Assembly (NCBI GenBank): GCA_964016885.1
Contig: OZ024741.1
Span: 66,712,001-66,776,000, forward strand
Direction: 5' to 3'
Source: Eledone cirrhosa
Lineage: Eukaryota
Length of the DNA: 64,000 bases
Every line of letters starts with the position of its first letter. Position 1 is the stretch's first letter. Below are positions 1 through 14,523 of this stretch, one piece after another. Below the pieces are notes generated by a model, which saw only the letters and a program-made list of their open reading frames with translations, searched no databases and was not told the origin of the DNA. The translations under genes and the position numbers were made by a program.

Positions 1-41
<41 letters not shown>

Positions 42-523
42 GTGTGTGTGTAGCAAAATTGGCAACATGTACAACACACACACACATACACACACATGCA
101 GGATGTCCCACAAAAATGTATAACACTTCAAAAGCATTCAAATAAACATGTGTATATATTTTGGGGGGGACACACTGTATGTATTTTTGACTACACACCT
201 ATACATAAATATTTTCCTATATATAGTATAAAATAGACGTAACGATATATATATATATATATTTTATTCTTTTATTGTCTTATTTATGTCAGTCATTGTA
301 CCACCGCCATGCTGGAGCAACCCCTTTTAACGATTTAATTGGTTCATATCGATGCTAGCACGTATTTCAGTCTTGTACTTGCTCTATCACTATTATTTTT
401 GAAGTCGGACCCTTTATTTTAGGGGATTTCATTAAAAAAACAACTGTTTTTAAGCTGTGTAAATATAAACACAAGCACCAACACAGAAATAGATACACAC
501 ACACACACACACACACACCCATG

Positions 524-555
<32 letters not shown>

Positions 556-639
556 CACACATATATATATATAAGCAAAGGTATATTATATAACAGATAA
601 AACAATATCAAAATACACACACAGATACCGACACTCAAA

Positions 640-1922
640 CATATGTACACACACACAAGCACACATATATACACACACGCACACACATACATAAACAAAT
701 GTATTATTATATAAGAGATAAACAAATACTAAAACACACACAGATATCAACACACACACAAATACGCACATACATATACACACACACACGCGCACATACG
801 CACACACATATACACACACGCACACACACACACATACGCACACACATATACACACACACACACGCGCACATACGCACACAAATATACACACACGCATACG
901 CACATACGCACACAAATACACACACGCACACACATATACACATACGCACACACACGCACATACGCACACACATATACACACACGCAAACACACACATACG
1001 CACACACACACATACGCACACACATATACACACACACGCGCGCACATACGCACACAGATATACACACACACACACGCACATATGCACACACATATACACA
1101 CACACATACGCACACACATATACACACACACGCGCGCACATACGCACACAGATATACACACACACACACGCACATATGCACACACATATACACACACACA
1201 TACGCACACAAATATACACACACGCACACGCACATACGTACACAAATACACACACACGCACACACATATACACATACGCACACACACGCACATACGCACA
1301 CAACTATACACACACGCACACACACATACACACACACACACATACGCACACACATATACACACACACGCGCGCACATACACACACAAATATACACACACG
1401 CACACGCAGATACGCACACACATATATACACACGCACACACACATACATACGCACAAACATATACACACACGCGCACATACGCACACAAATATACACACA
1501 CGCACATGCACATACGCACACAAATACACACACACGCACACACATATACACATACGCACACATACGCACACAACTATACACACACGCACACACACATACG
1601 CACACACATATACACACACACGCGCGCACATACGCACACAAATATACACACACGCACACGCACATACGCACACACATATACACACACGCACACACACACA
1701 CATACGCACACACATATACACACACACACGCGCACATACGCACATAAATATACACACACGTACACGCACATACGCACACAAATACACACACACGCACACA
1801 CACATACGCACACACATATACACATACGCACACACACGCACATACGCACACAAATACACACACACACACACACACATACGCACTCACATATACACATACG
1901 CACACACATGTACACACACACA
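640..1922. repeat. Compound (CA)n-derived minisatellite
   Basis: Recurring CACATACGCA/CACATATA/CACAAATA units; source of the spurious CV/HT ORFs. Confidence 0.95.
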
Positions 1923-2377
1923 TGGGGCAGTCAGGGCAATTCAGTTTTTCCTTTCCCCAGTCAGGGCAGGTACATCCTCAGATTCCTGGTCCCTCAGTCG
2001 TACATACATCAAATACTTTACAATACTCACGGACAGATCAAGGCAAATATATACTATAAAATGTACATATACATACAGATAAACAAAAACATATATTCCC
2101 AAATACCTGGTTTCGGCTATATATATGTGTGTATGTGTGTGTATGTGGGGGGGTATGCGTGTGTATATATGTATATATGTATGTATATATATATATGTAT
2201 ATATATAATATATATATATGTATATATGTATATATGTATGTATATATATATGTATATATGTATATATGTATATATGTATGTATATATATATGTATATATG
2301 TATATATATATAATATATATATATATGTATATATGTATATATATAATATATATATATATGTATATATGTATATATAT

Positions 2378-2780
2378 AGACCCCTTAGCCTTTGTCAAGG
2401 CAGAATTCTAGGAGAAGGAAAACTCTGATATAACACCTGCAACCCTGATGGTATCCAATGATGTTGACTTGTTCTTCTTTTTGGTAAATATCATCTTGGT
2501 TAAGAGGGTGGGACTGGCTTTGTGCAGTGCCTTTGCTCACTATAAAAGCTTCACGGCACAGGCATTGCTTTATATCTGGAGATCTCTCTGCCCTTGTCAT
2601 CACATGGTACCATGGCCCCAGCACTATGTGTCAATAATTGTCACAAGTGTAGTGTTTTTTACCAGAGTTTTCAAGTCGCTGGCTGGACTAAAAAGTCACA
2701 CTCGTTCAGCGCATCGTTAGGGGTTCTCCTACATGGATATAAAGTAGTGGCCGTACTCGAAAACGAGTTGGCAGCCACCA
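2378..2780 (+). mobile_element. 5'-truncated copy of the RTE-derived element at 29791-30399
   Basis: About 400 bp direct match to 29998-30399. Confidence 0.7.
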
Positions 2781-2943
2781 TATATATATATGTATATATG
2801 TATATATATAATATATATATATATATATGTATATATGTATATATGTATGTATATATATATATATGTATATATGTATATATATATAATATATATATATGTA
2901 TATATGTATATATATAATGTATATATATGTATTTATGTATATA

Positions 2944-2993
<50 letters not shown>

Positions 2994-3238
2994 AGCACCT
3001 TTGATGAGTTGTAGTGCACCTTATCACTGTACACAATAATTTCATTATTATTTTATGTATATATATATGTAGGAATAAGTATGACCCCAACAGCAGAGCT
3101 CAAGCCGTTTCGACGGTTATTTCTGGCTTGAGCTCTGCTGTCGGGGTCATACTTTTTCCTATTACCCACTCTACTACCCTAAGTATTGAGTACTCTGGTG
3201 CGTTATGGTCCATATGGTTCCTTACCACAACTGCTTCG

Positions 3239-3286
<48 letters not shown>

Positions 3287-4232
3287 ATGCATGTATGTAT
3301 GTGTGGATGTATGTGTGTGTTTGTCCGTGTGTGCGTGTGTGTGTGTGTGCGTGTGTGTTTGAAATACCCTAGTATTTAAACATTCAAAGATTATTTGATT
3401 GATCAGTCAATACTCGTGCGTAGAGTGGAAATTTTAAATTCTAAGTGTATGTGTGTGTGTGTATTTGTGTCTGTGTGTGTGTAAGTGTGTTTGTGGCTGT
3501 GTGTGTGAGTGTGTTTGTGTGTGAGAGTGTGTGTATTTGTGTGTCTGTGTGTTCGTGTGTTTGTGTGTGTTTCCTGTGTTTCTGTCTACATGTAGTGTTT
3601 GTATATATGCCGCAACCTGGCAGTCCAAAATCAGATAACTTAAATAGTACTAGACTTGTAAGAAATAATCTTTAGCCTCGATATGATCGACTAAAATTCT
3701 TTCAAGGCAATGCTTCAACATGACCGCAGTCTAATAACTGACAATAGTAGAAGAAAACAAAAAAAAAGAAAACGAAAAAGAAAAACTCACCAGACACACT
3801 CACCAAAATATTGAATTGTAAACATACAACCAAATATAAGCAACCTACACCATATATAACACATACATACGTAAATATATACTTATATATACACATACAT
3901 GAATCCATACGCTTGAAAACACAGGCACAGAGACGGATGCAAACACAAACGCTCACACATAAAAGAACGGTGATGTGTATATACATATACATAGATGCAC
4001 ACGCACACACACACACACATACATATATATATATGATTATATATATATAAAAAAAGAGGGTGTGGTAAGATAGCAGGTAGACCATAACGCACCAGAGTAC
4101 TTAGGGTAGTAGAGTGGGTACTAGGAGCTCAGCCGTCGGGGTCCTGACTCTTTTCCTATGTATATAGTATAGGATAACTTCTCACGAATGAAACAGTTCT
4201 AGTACTGTAGAAGCCATTCCTATATTAAATAA

Positions 4233-4280
<48 letters not shown>

Positions 4281-4335
4281 GTGAGGTTTTTTTTACAAAA
4301 TGAAAAATAACCGAGGTGTCCTACACGAGTGAAAG

Positions 4336-4614
4336 TATAAAGAAAAAGAGATGAAATCGAAAATGCAACTGGAGTCTTATTTTTTTTTTAAATATATATA
4401 TTTATTTGGTTCCTTTACCGGTTTCGCAGTTCTTCTGCTTTTCAAAAGGTGAGTTGAGATGGAGGGTCTCACATGTGAGAAAAACCACAGACCCTCCATC
4501 TCAACTCACCTTTTGAAAAGCAGAAGAACTGCGAAACCGGTAAAGGAACCAAATAAATATATATATTTAAAAAAAAATAAGACTCCAGTTGCATTTTCGA
4601 TTTCATCTCGTTTT

Positions 4615-4621
<7 letters not shown>
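4336..4621. repeat. Fold-back inverted repeat, arms about 134 bp
   Basis: 4336-4469 is the reverse complement of 4488-4621. Confidence 0.9.
4509..4546 (+). ncRNA. Minimal type I hammerhead ribozyme, U3-A8 variant (mirror copy at 4412-4449 on -)
   Basis: CCTT-TTGAAAA-GCAG(AAGAA)CTGC-GAAA-CCGG-TA-AAGG; helix III palindrome ACCGGT; GUA site. Confidence 0.75.
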
Positions 4622-4668
<47 letters not shown>

Positions 4669-4745
4669 ATATAAGTGTTGAAGTTTCCGTGGCAAAAGTA
4701 AAAGGAATGAAGAGTGCTCTATGTAAGTAACAGAGCAATGTATTG

Positions 4746-4813
4746 CCTTATGTGACGAACGAATGCGGACGTCTCTTGTGTTCGTCCTGTTCGGGAAACC
4801 TCGGGTAATGAGG
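4746..4813 (+). ncRNA. Hammerhead relic with a C3G core change
   Basis: CCTTAT-GTGACGA-long stem II-GAAA-CCTCGGG-TA-ATGAGG. Confidence 0.55.
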
Positions 4814-4826
4814 TAATTATACTGTG

Positions 4827-4870
<44 letters not shown>

Positions 4871-4892
4871 CAAAATAATATAACAAAATAAT

Positions 4893-4975
4893 ATAACAGA
4901 ATAATCTTACCTTACCAAATTTGCAATTTAACATTATTCATAACACATTGTTTTGGTTTTCAAAATTCAAATTTG

Positions 4976-5049
<74 letters not shown>

Positions 5050-6308
5050 TAGAAGAGATTTTGAGAACAAATTCTCGTATGTTCTCACTACCCACAGAAT
5101 ATGAGAAGAAACCTTCTTTAATATTTGATAAGACTGACATACCAATCGAAACTGGTAATATATTTAACAAAACTTAAATGTAACAATTACAAAGAAAAAA
5201 TAATCTTTCAATACACTCTGCTTTTTCCCTTTTACCTTTTACATATAATCTTCGATTTGTATGGAAAGTTATCCTATTTTTCTACATATATATAGGCGGT
5301 TTGTCGGGTATAGCACTCAATACTGTTACGAGGTTCTGTCTTGTGTAGAGTTTATACTTCAGTGTCATACAGGCTTAAGGTAACTGTAACGTGCTGAATG
5401 TACATACAAGTAGGGACGAAGTCAAGTTTGTACCTTGTATGTATGTGAATATGTTATTATGTTGTTATGTTAGAAATAGCAGCCGCATATCACCCCACTG
5501 TTTTAATATATCATGCCTGCAAAAAAAAAAAAAAATACTGGTTAGCTAGTGTCGTGATATCGCCGAACATATATCTGCTCAATCATAGGTAAACATCTGA
5601 TCAATAACATCCTAGTATTTATACACGGACATGGTCCAACGATAAACTATTACTCATATACTAACATAGTCGAGAAATCATACACACAAAATCATGCATC
5701 GGTACATATATACCTAAGTATATACATTCATACATACATTCACACATATATACATATAGACATGCAAACATAATAACATATTCACATACATACAAGGTAC
5801 AAACTTGACTTCGTCCCTGCTTGTATGTACACTCAGCACGTTACAGTTACCTTAAGCCTGTATGACACTGAAGTATAAACTCTACACAAGACAGAACCTC
5901 GTAACAGTATTGAGTGCTATACCCGACAAACCGCCTATATATATGTAGAAAAATAGGATAACTTTCCATACAAATCGAAGATTATATGTAAAAGGTAAAA
6001 GGGAAAAAGCAGAGTGTATTGAAAGATTATTTTTTCTTTATAATTGTTACATTTAAGTTTTGTTAAATATATTACCAGTTTCGATTGGTATGTCAGTCTT
6101 ATCAAATATTAAAGAAGGTTTCTTCTCATATTCTGTGGGTAGTGAGAACATACGAGAATTTGTTCTCAAAATCTCTTCTAATACATGTATTTATCTCTAT
6201 ATATATATATACATATATATGTAACACAAATTTTAATTTTGAAAACGAAAACAATGCGTTATGAATAATGTTAAATTGCAAATTTGATAAGGTAAGATTA
6301 TTTTGTTA
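4893..6308. repeat. Inverted repeat, arms about 550 bp, spacer about 300 bp
   Basis: 4893-5463 versus 5767-6308. Confidence 0.9.
5121..5161 (+). ncRNA. Minimal hammerhead, U3-A8 variant (mirror copy at 6069-6109 on -)
   Basis: ATAT-TTGATAA-GACTG(ACATAC)CAATC-GAAA-CTGG-TA-ATAT. Confidence 0.65.
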
Positions 6309-6423
6309 ATTTTTGGCAATTTAACGTTCTTCATAACGTATTGTTTTGGTTTTCTAAATTTAAATTTTTGTCTCCTATTCAACAATGCTTTAAGCAAGCT
6401 ACAAAACTGATATATATATATAT

Positions 6424-6630
6424 ATACGTTAAAAGGCCAAACACACTGTGACGATGGTTAAACCATTAACCGCAAAGCCATAGAAGCGAACAAGCTATTC
6501 GGGTCAAACAAATGATAAAATATGATTGAAACATTTTATTATCTGTTTGACCCGAATAGCTTGCTCGCTTCTATGGCTTTGCGGTTAATGGTTTAACAAT
6601 CGTCATATTGTGTTTGGCCTTTTAACGTAT
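6424..6630. repeat. Fold-back inverted repeat, arms about 95 bp
   Basis: 6424-6520 versus 6534-6630; an unfolded copy of the same family lies at 38743-38955. Confidence 0.85.
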
Positions 6631-6728
6631 GTTGTTGCTCTAGTTCACCCGTTACTATGGAGCGCTTGCCACACATTTCGGAAGTTGTTTTTCGCTAATT
6701 TCCAATAGCCGAAATGCGATTCTCGCTA

Positions 6729-6838
<110 letters not shown>

Positions 6839-6980
6839 TGAGATGTATTGTCTTTAATGCGTCGAAACATCAGCGACCCACACCAGTCAGCCAAAGAGCA
6901 GGAGTTGTCCTTATGTTTGTGTTTCTCTTACGTTTTCTAAATAATACTTATTAGTAACTACACAGCACCTTTGTCATGTC

Positions 6981-7034
<54 letters not shown>

Positions 7035-7066
7035 TAATTAGACATGACAAAGGTGCTGTGTAGTTA

Positions 7067-7136
<70 letters not shown>

Positions 7137-7859
7137 TCTTTATGAAGGTGGTATTCAACAGGTCAAGATTCAATTGATTCTCTAGCAAATTCTCTTGATT
7201 TAAATAGAAACTTCCTTTTCTATTCGGAACTACGGTCCAGATACCATTTTGTTCTTCTATTTAGGTGGGGTTCCATTGTGTCAAGATTTCAAGTTATTTA
7301 CAGGGTTTGCAAAAATACCTAAAAATAACTAAAAGAGGATATAAAGAAGTTTTAAAATACAAAGACAAATATACAACTAAAAGGAGAAATGTTTTCCTAT
7401 CATGAAGAATTGCTTTTGGTGAGGTGATGTTTTTAAGAAGGTTGTTAGTTTTACCATTTGTCTTGTGTATGTGTTTCTATGTATGTATGTGCGTGTGTGT
7501 GTGTGTGTGTATGTGTGTGCGCGCGCGCGCGCGCGCGTGTGTGTAACTGTGTATGCTGGGCTCCATTGTGTCAGGAGTTCAAGTTTGCTTTTATCATCAT
7601 AGACAATTTTAATTTCGTCTAAGGTCGAGAGTTTGTAAAGGGTTGCAAGTTGTGTATAGAGAAATTGTTGTATCCTAAATAAATACTCATACATTTGAAG
7701 CTACATATTATAGCAAATGCAACTCAACAAATACAAAAACGAATAACATAAGTTTACCTTTTTGTTCATTATCAACAGCAGATGTTCGACGTTAATTCAC
7801 ATATCAGCAACGCTTGGTCACTGAACAAGTGCGGGCGAGATAGTTTCGGTGCTCTGCGC

Positions 7860-10800
7860 GCACCTCAGACATGCTCGGCTGACGGCACTTCCATGCCTGC
7901 AGAGTTTATCTCGAGTTTATCTTGAGTTTATCTCGAGTTTATCTCGATCTGGCAAAGATCCTCGGTAGCCAGACGAGTCTAACGAACGGTGACCACATCT
8001 GTTCACCGTCAAGGAAGAGTTGGAGATGTCATAGCCTTAGCGCATGTTTGCGCATGATCAATCACGGAATTCCCAGTCCTTCACTCAGCGGATGTAGACA
8101 GCAAATGAACCACCTGGTCAGAGGAAACTCTTTTCCACAAAAAGGTGAAAGAGTAAACGTTTCAGTGCAGTCAGACGTGGACTAGGACAAGGCATGACGG
8201 TCAGGCGCATAAGCTTCTTGTAACCAGGTCCCTGCCAATGGAGCCTATCTAAGTTTACTGTGCTGGTCACAAACTTGTGGTCTGTGTAGTCGACCACATT
8301 AAATTGTGAACAACCTATGCTATCTTTATCTACCTTTCTACAGAATACCCTATCTAGGTACGATCTAGGTAACCCGATTCGGTTTGACCTGGCCCACACT
8401 GGCGCATTCGCGAAATCCTATAAATATCTGTCAGGTTGTTGGAAATATCTGAACAGGTTTGTGAGGCTTTTACACCATCCTCCCTGTCTGCTGAGTCCAC
8501 ACAGTCACAGCATGCATCTAAGCTCCCGTTCTAATCACCCTCTAACTCTAAAGGCCGGGACGTTCCTAGAAAAGTGTTAGACGCCTGAAGAGATATGATC
8601 ATCCTACATCTGTATGGGAATAGATGGCAACTTGCCTGAAAGCATGTCCTTTGTCACGACCAGCACCATCATCTTACCCTCTGGTTCTAGGAAGATAGTC
8701 CGTATTACGAGAACCAGGCCTTTCCAAAACAACACGGCGACTCCGGCTCCTGCTTCCAAATGACATGGTGATGCGGACACCTTAATGCCACTAAAAATGG
8801 GTGCGAAGTTTCGTGGCTCGGAAATTCTTGTCTCACTGATGGCAACTGCATCGATATTCAGGAACCTGAGGTTGTTGAGCAGGTGACTAAGCTTCCAAGG
8901 TGACCCCAGGCCACGTGCTTTGACACTACCTATTCTGAGCAAGGCCATGTTATCGGGAAAAAAAGAAAAGTGAGAAAGAACATATACTTGGTTTTGTTTG
9001 GGAAAGCGATCTCTCCATCCTTCCAGTTATTTGGGGTTTTTCCACCAATAGACACCCAAATATACATTTGGTGATGTTCCCTCAGAAATCACCGATTTCC
9101 TTCGGCAATTTAGTTTTGAGATTTGAATGGTTCTTGTGTTGTCTGAATGATTTTTTATGTTTCGGTATTTAGATGTGGAATCTGTATGTGTAATAGTTGT
9201 GTGTTTTAATGTATTTCAGTAGTTCTGTATTGTTTGTGTTTATGGCCATTTAGATTTTAATGATTGTTTCTTTGCATTGTGTTTTCTTTTTCTGATGTTG
9301 TTGTTTTTGTATATGTGGGTTGCCTATGTGCTGATGGTGGTTGTGGTGGTGTTTAGTGTGTCTGTGTCAGTGGTGTCTGTTTGTTGTGATTTTTGCCTTG
9401 CGGCCTTTATTTTCTCTCTCTCCACTTTTTGTGTGGATAAGGTTTGTTCGTTGTTTTTTGTTGTTTTCTTTTTCTGTTTCTCTTTTTTTTCTTCTTTTGA
9501 TTACTGTTTTCCACTCCTCGTCCTGGTCAGTCTCGCCGCATGTTATGTCCGACCTTTCGGAATCGGGAAGTGGTATGTCCTCCATTCGAATTGTTTAAAG
9601 ACCGGGAGAGTCTTTTGTTGCTGTGGTGGGCATTGGTGTTTCTGTAGCTGTTATTGTTATCGGTGTTACTGTTGTTTTTCTTAATGTTGACGATGATACT
9701 GTCTGGGTTTTGGTGGTTGTTTTTGGTGAATTCTTTGGCGCTTCAGTTTTGGGGAGAAGGCTCTTAGGTGAGTTGTCGAAAGACAAATTTGATGACCTTC
9801 CCCCTCTCCACTCTAATGATGGCATTTGGGGGATGAATTTGTTCTGGGATGACATCAACGTTTTTCTGTCTGGTTTGGATGAGGATTTCTACCCAGATCA
9901 CTCACCAGTTCTCTATTTTGGTTTGGAAGACTTCGAGGAAATTTTAGTTTTCCTCGATGTCTACTGTGACAATAGCAATTAGACAAGGAACAGCTATTTT
10001 GGGCGGCACCTACTGGACACGGATCTTTGCTAGTCTCTGTCCGGAGTAGTAAGGGACTAGCAGAATATCTTCACTTTGTAGGGGTTTTAGGTAGTGAGAT
10101 CACGCTTCTTATTTTGTTGTAAATCTCACTACCACCGTGCCCAAACCCCTACCCCGTTAAATATAAGTTTTTAAGCTCCATACGGAGTTTAGAGCTTTTT
10201 TGCATTTGAACCCCTGTAGCTCTCTCCACCTTCCTTGTTTTTAAATAACGAAGACCGTATATTGGATGGTGACAACAGGAATGTTGAGGCTGATAATAAG
10301 GCCGACTGTTTCCACCAGCCGACTAGTCCGTTGTACTTCTAGTAAATTACTCTTTGGAAGAAGGATTTCGGAGGAATAGTAAAATTTATTTTACCGAAAA
10401 TGTTGTGGTTGTTGCTGTTGTTGTCGTTGTTGATCTCCAATTCGTTTTTTGGAAACAGTTGTGCTATTTATTCTTTCGAGTATCATCATTTTCACTGAAT
10501 TTGCTTGTATTTCGACTGTCATCGTTGTTGTTGTTGTTTTTATTGTTGTTGTTCATGTTGTTTATGTTATTGCTATTTCCATTCAAGCAGCATTTGTTAT
10601 TTAGAACGACATTGTTTAAAAGAACGTTGTTACTTAGTGTTTTCATTTTTCCTATTTCGTTTCAAGACTGATAGAGGCTGTCATCAACAAACATTTTCAC
10701 TTTGTCAGGAGAAACGTCGTTCCCCTCTCTATGTGAAGAATTATTGCTCTCTGTTTGTCCGTTTGTGGTATCAATGTTTAAAATTTCGATATCACGACAC

Positions 10801-10860
10801 TCCCTAAAAAAGTGTAGTTGCAGATGAGATAAACCCAGCATCAAAGAGCAGGGAGCTCTT
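7860..10860 (-). mobile_element. Degenerate, RT-deleted Tx1-like element (copy C)
   Basis: Poly-Asn ORF1 relic at 10464-10646; EDIPLP..DEEWKTVIKRRKKR; ORF2 start MALLRIGSVKARGLG at 8948; RSYLDR, TDHK and GPGY joined directly to RLTVMPCP...MRKHALRL. Confidence 0.85.
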
Positions 10861-11151
10861 CTACGCCGTTGTCAAGTTTAAGCGATTGAACAAAACCGTG
10901 CTTCTTCTTCATTTGTCAACAATAATAATATTAATGGTTTCTGATTTAAGCACAAGACCAGCAATTTTGGAGTAAGGGGGAAAGTCGAGTTTGAGTTCAA
11001 ATCCCGCCGAGGTTAGCTTTGCCTTTCATCCTTACAGGGTTGATAAAATTAAGTACCAGTAACGCACTGGAGTCGATTTAATCGACTTTTCCCCTCCGCC
11101 AAAATTGCTGACCTTGTGCCTATATAAGAAACCATTATAATGGGTGTATTA

Positions 11152-11372
11152 AGGGCGGTGGATTGGCAGTATCGGTAGAGGGTTGGACGCCATGCTTTGC
11201 AGCATAGAGTTACGGCCCTTTATGATCTGAGTTCAAATCCTGCCGAGGTTCACTTTGCCTTTCATCCTTACGGAGTGGATAAAATAAAGTACCAGTAACG
11301 CACTGGAGTCGATTTAATCGACTTTTCCCTCCACCAAAATTGCTGGCCTTGTGCCAAAAATCAGAAACCATT
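11152..11372 (+). mobile_element. tRNA-derived SINE with Nin/Deu-like core (partial tandem copy at 10990-11135)
   Basis: A-box TGGCAGTATCGG, B-box GAGTTCAAATCC, core GCCTTTCATCC...GATAAAATAAAGTACCAG. Confidence 0.8.
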
Positions 11373-11732
11373 CTTATCAATATAATTTTGTTGTGGTTAA
11401 TCATCAACATCATCATCTTCTTGCTAGTCACTCCATCAACATATTTTTTCTCACTTTATATCAACTGTTGTCCTGAAAAAAGCAACAACCACAGTAAAAA
11501 TAAAGACATATAATAGGAAGAGAAGTGAGAGATCCATAAAATTGGGAGAATCAGTTTACTTCATAAAATACTATAAACTCTGAGAAATGTAATTTCCTGT
11601 TTTACGACACTTAATATTTGTCTTCTCCTTCCTTTGATAATAAACTGAGAAACTATGAAACACCTGCTAAACATTTAAACATTTCTGAATGAAGCTCTAT
11701 TATATGTATGTGTGAGTGTGTATATATATGAA

Positions 11733-11798
<66 letters not shown>

Positions 11799-11846
11799 AA
11801 TACATGTGTATGTGTATATATATGTATATATATATGTATATGTATG

Positions 11847-11946
<100 letters not shown>

Positions 11947-11988
11947 AATACATATGTATATATTTGTGTGTATGCATATATGCATATA

Positions 11989-12053
<65 letters not shown>

Positions 12054-12173
12054 ATGTGTGTGTATATATATATATATGTATGTTTGTATGCATGTATATA
12101 TATATATATATATATATATATTTCGTTTCTGAATTTGTTTAGCAAGATTCTTTATCTGAAAACGTGTGTTGAA

Positions 12174-12670
12174 ACCAATATTGTTATACTTTGGGAGGGT
12201 TATGTTGTCAATAAGAAACACACGCACCAGTTGCTTTCACTTCAATTTATTATAATAAATTTATAAATTTAGGAATTTATAAATTTCCGGTTGGTTGGTT
12301 GGTTCCACAACCAGATGGTTGTTTATATATTGTCAAAGTTCTTTCGTCACACATTCTGTGACCTCTTCAGTGACTGGGGATTTTTTTCTTTGTTTTTTGT
12401 GCCTCTCCTTCGTTCTGAAGATGGCGTAGGACAGAACGAAGGAGAGGCACAAAAAACAAAGAAAAGAATCCCCAGTCACTGAAGAGGTCACAGAATGTGT
12501 GACAAAAGAACTTTGACAATATATAAACAACCATCTGGTTGTGGAACCAACCAACCAACCGGAAATTTATAAATTCCTAAATTTATAAATTTATTATAAT
12601 AAATTGAAGTGAAACTATTTGGTGCGTGTGTTTCTTATTGGCAACATGACCCTCCCAAAGTATAACAATA
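12174..12670. repeat. Fold-back inverted repeat, arms about 240 bp
   Basis: 12174-12416 versus 12433-12670. Confidence 0.9.
12332..12374 (-). ncRNA. Minimal hammerhead (mirror copy at 12475-12517 has GAAA>AAAA)
   Basis: GTCA-CTGAAGA-G-GTCAC(AGAATGT)GTGAC-GAAA-GAAC-TT-TGAC. Confidence 0.72.
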
Positions 12671-12919
12671 TATATATATATATATATATATGGTGATGGT
12701 GGTGGTGGTGGTGATATACCGGAACTGAAATTTGAAACTTTTAAAAGAAGTGAATCTTGAAATAAGCAACACATTAACTTATTTATGTTTAATCATGTGT
12801 TACAAAATTTAATAGATAAATTATATAATATTCATTCATTAATTATTCAAAGTAATCCAACTTATTTTACTAACGGGATAAACAAATATAAAATGGACAC
12901 TGTCCCGCACTTCTCCCTT

Positions 12920-12991
<72 letters not shown>

Positions 12992-13952
12992 GAGTGTGTG
13001 CGCGTGCGTGTGTATGTTTGAGTTTAAGTGTATTTATTAATCACTGGCTTACAGAGTTATAAAGCGGTTTATATGCGTTTGGTTTATATTTTCCAAAGCC
13101 AATAACTCCTTATGTATAAGTGGTTAAGACATATTTCATGAGCATAATAACATATTTATCTCTAATTCCCGAAGTAATGAGTACTTTACTATCAATATGA
13201 AAACCCTGTTCACATAAACTAACAAATACATACAAAAACGCTCGCACATATACACAAACATACACATACACACATAATTGCCAGGAGGCAAATCGAGGTT
13301 TGGAGTTAACAATTATTAAAAAATGTATTCTTTATCTGCCACTTCTTCTATTTCTTCCTTTCATTGGCGTTCTCTATAAACTGAATGTAAGGCAAATTAC
13401 ACTAATATATACGTATATATATTCTCCACGGAATTTGAAACTGTACTGTACTAGCTTAAACGTGGATTGTTGTACTCCATCAGTGCTTCTGTCTTTTTCT
13501 GACCGACCTTTGCTGAGCATACGTGTGGTATCAATCCCAACTTGAAAACTTAGTAGTAAGGTCTATTTTCTGAAATCCCTCCTTGGACTGCTGGCCGATG
13601 AGAATTCTCTTGTCCGTAATTTGCTGGTTATGGATTTATTATTACTCGATGACCAGCGGATTCTTCACGGATTTGAAACAGTACTGTACCAGCTTAGATG
13701 TGGATTTTTATACTCCGGCAGATTTTTGTGTGCTAAACTTGGAGGATACCGGGTGTTTCAAATTACGAAATTGAGAGTACTTTAAAGTTGTCATATGTTA
13801 ATCTGTCGATAAAATAGCTTAGGCTTCTGGCTAGGAATGTTGCATTACAATAAATTCTGGGTTTGCTCTAAATGAATTTGTTGAGCAAATTGTAAACAAC
13901 GAGATCGAAATCACTGGATATCGATCTAAACCCTTATTATTATTATATAATG

Positions 13953-14147
13953 TGCGGTGGATTGGCAGTATCGGTAGAGGGTTGGACGCCATACTTTGCA
14001 GCTTAGAGTTACGCCCCTTTACAGTCTGAGTTCAAATCCCGCCGAGGTTAACTTTGCTTTCCATCCTTACGGAGTCGATAAAATAGAAGTACCAGTAATG
14101 CACTGGGATAATTGCTGGCTTTGTGCCAAAAGTAGAAACAATTATTA
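13953..14147 (+). mobile_element. SINE, same family
   Basis: Matches 11152-11372. Confidence 0.8.
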
Positions 14148-14479
14148 TAATTTATAAATAAATGGTTGACTGAATACGCATGTGCGCTTTCTTTCGCAAC
14201 TTTTTGTCTGTTGCTTCCTCTTACTTTTCCTCCTCTCATCTTTTATTTCTCATTCTATTTTCTAAAGAAGGATTAGTGTCTGAAACGTTAAGACATTTCC
14301 TATTATTTCAAGCATTAATCTAATATATTTCTGCATTGAAGTGTGTGGTTTGCTTTGTTATTTCTGTTTACTTTTTACACACACACACATACACACACAC
14401 ACACACACACACAGGCACGCACGCTCACACACACGCACACACACACGCGCACACACACACACACACGCGCATGCGCACG

Positions 14480-14523
<44 letters not shown>

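Noticed and set aside
367-3675. Long ORFs rich in CV, HT or YI dipeptides (also at 11.6-12.2, 36.5, 45 and 50-50.8 kb)
   Set aside because: Translations of CA/TA microsatellites that lack stop codons; no coding signal
6445-6485. Hammerhead-like TGACGAT-GGTTAA..TTAACC-GCAAAG
   Set aside because: Core is broken in both copies (also 38868) and there is no stem I or III; half-motifs at 4171, 6840, 25465 and 52917 were likewise too incomplete to list
11160-11245. tRNA genes at SINE heads
   Set aside because: A and B boxes are present but no cloverleaf forms, and the sequence continues into SINE core and tail
13426-13718. Diverged 50-bp duplication in coding-like sequence (similar case at 7271/7561)
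   Set aside because: No sustained reading frame or recognisable motif
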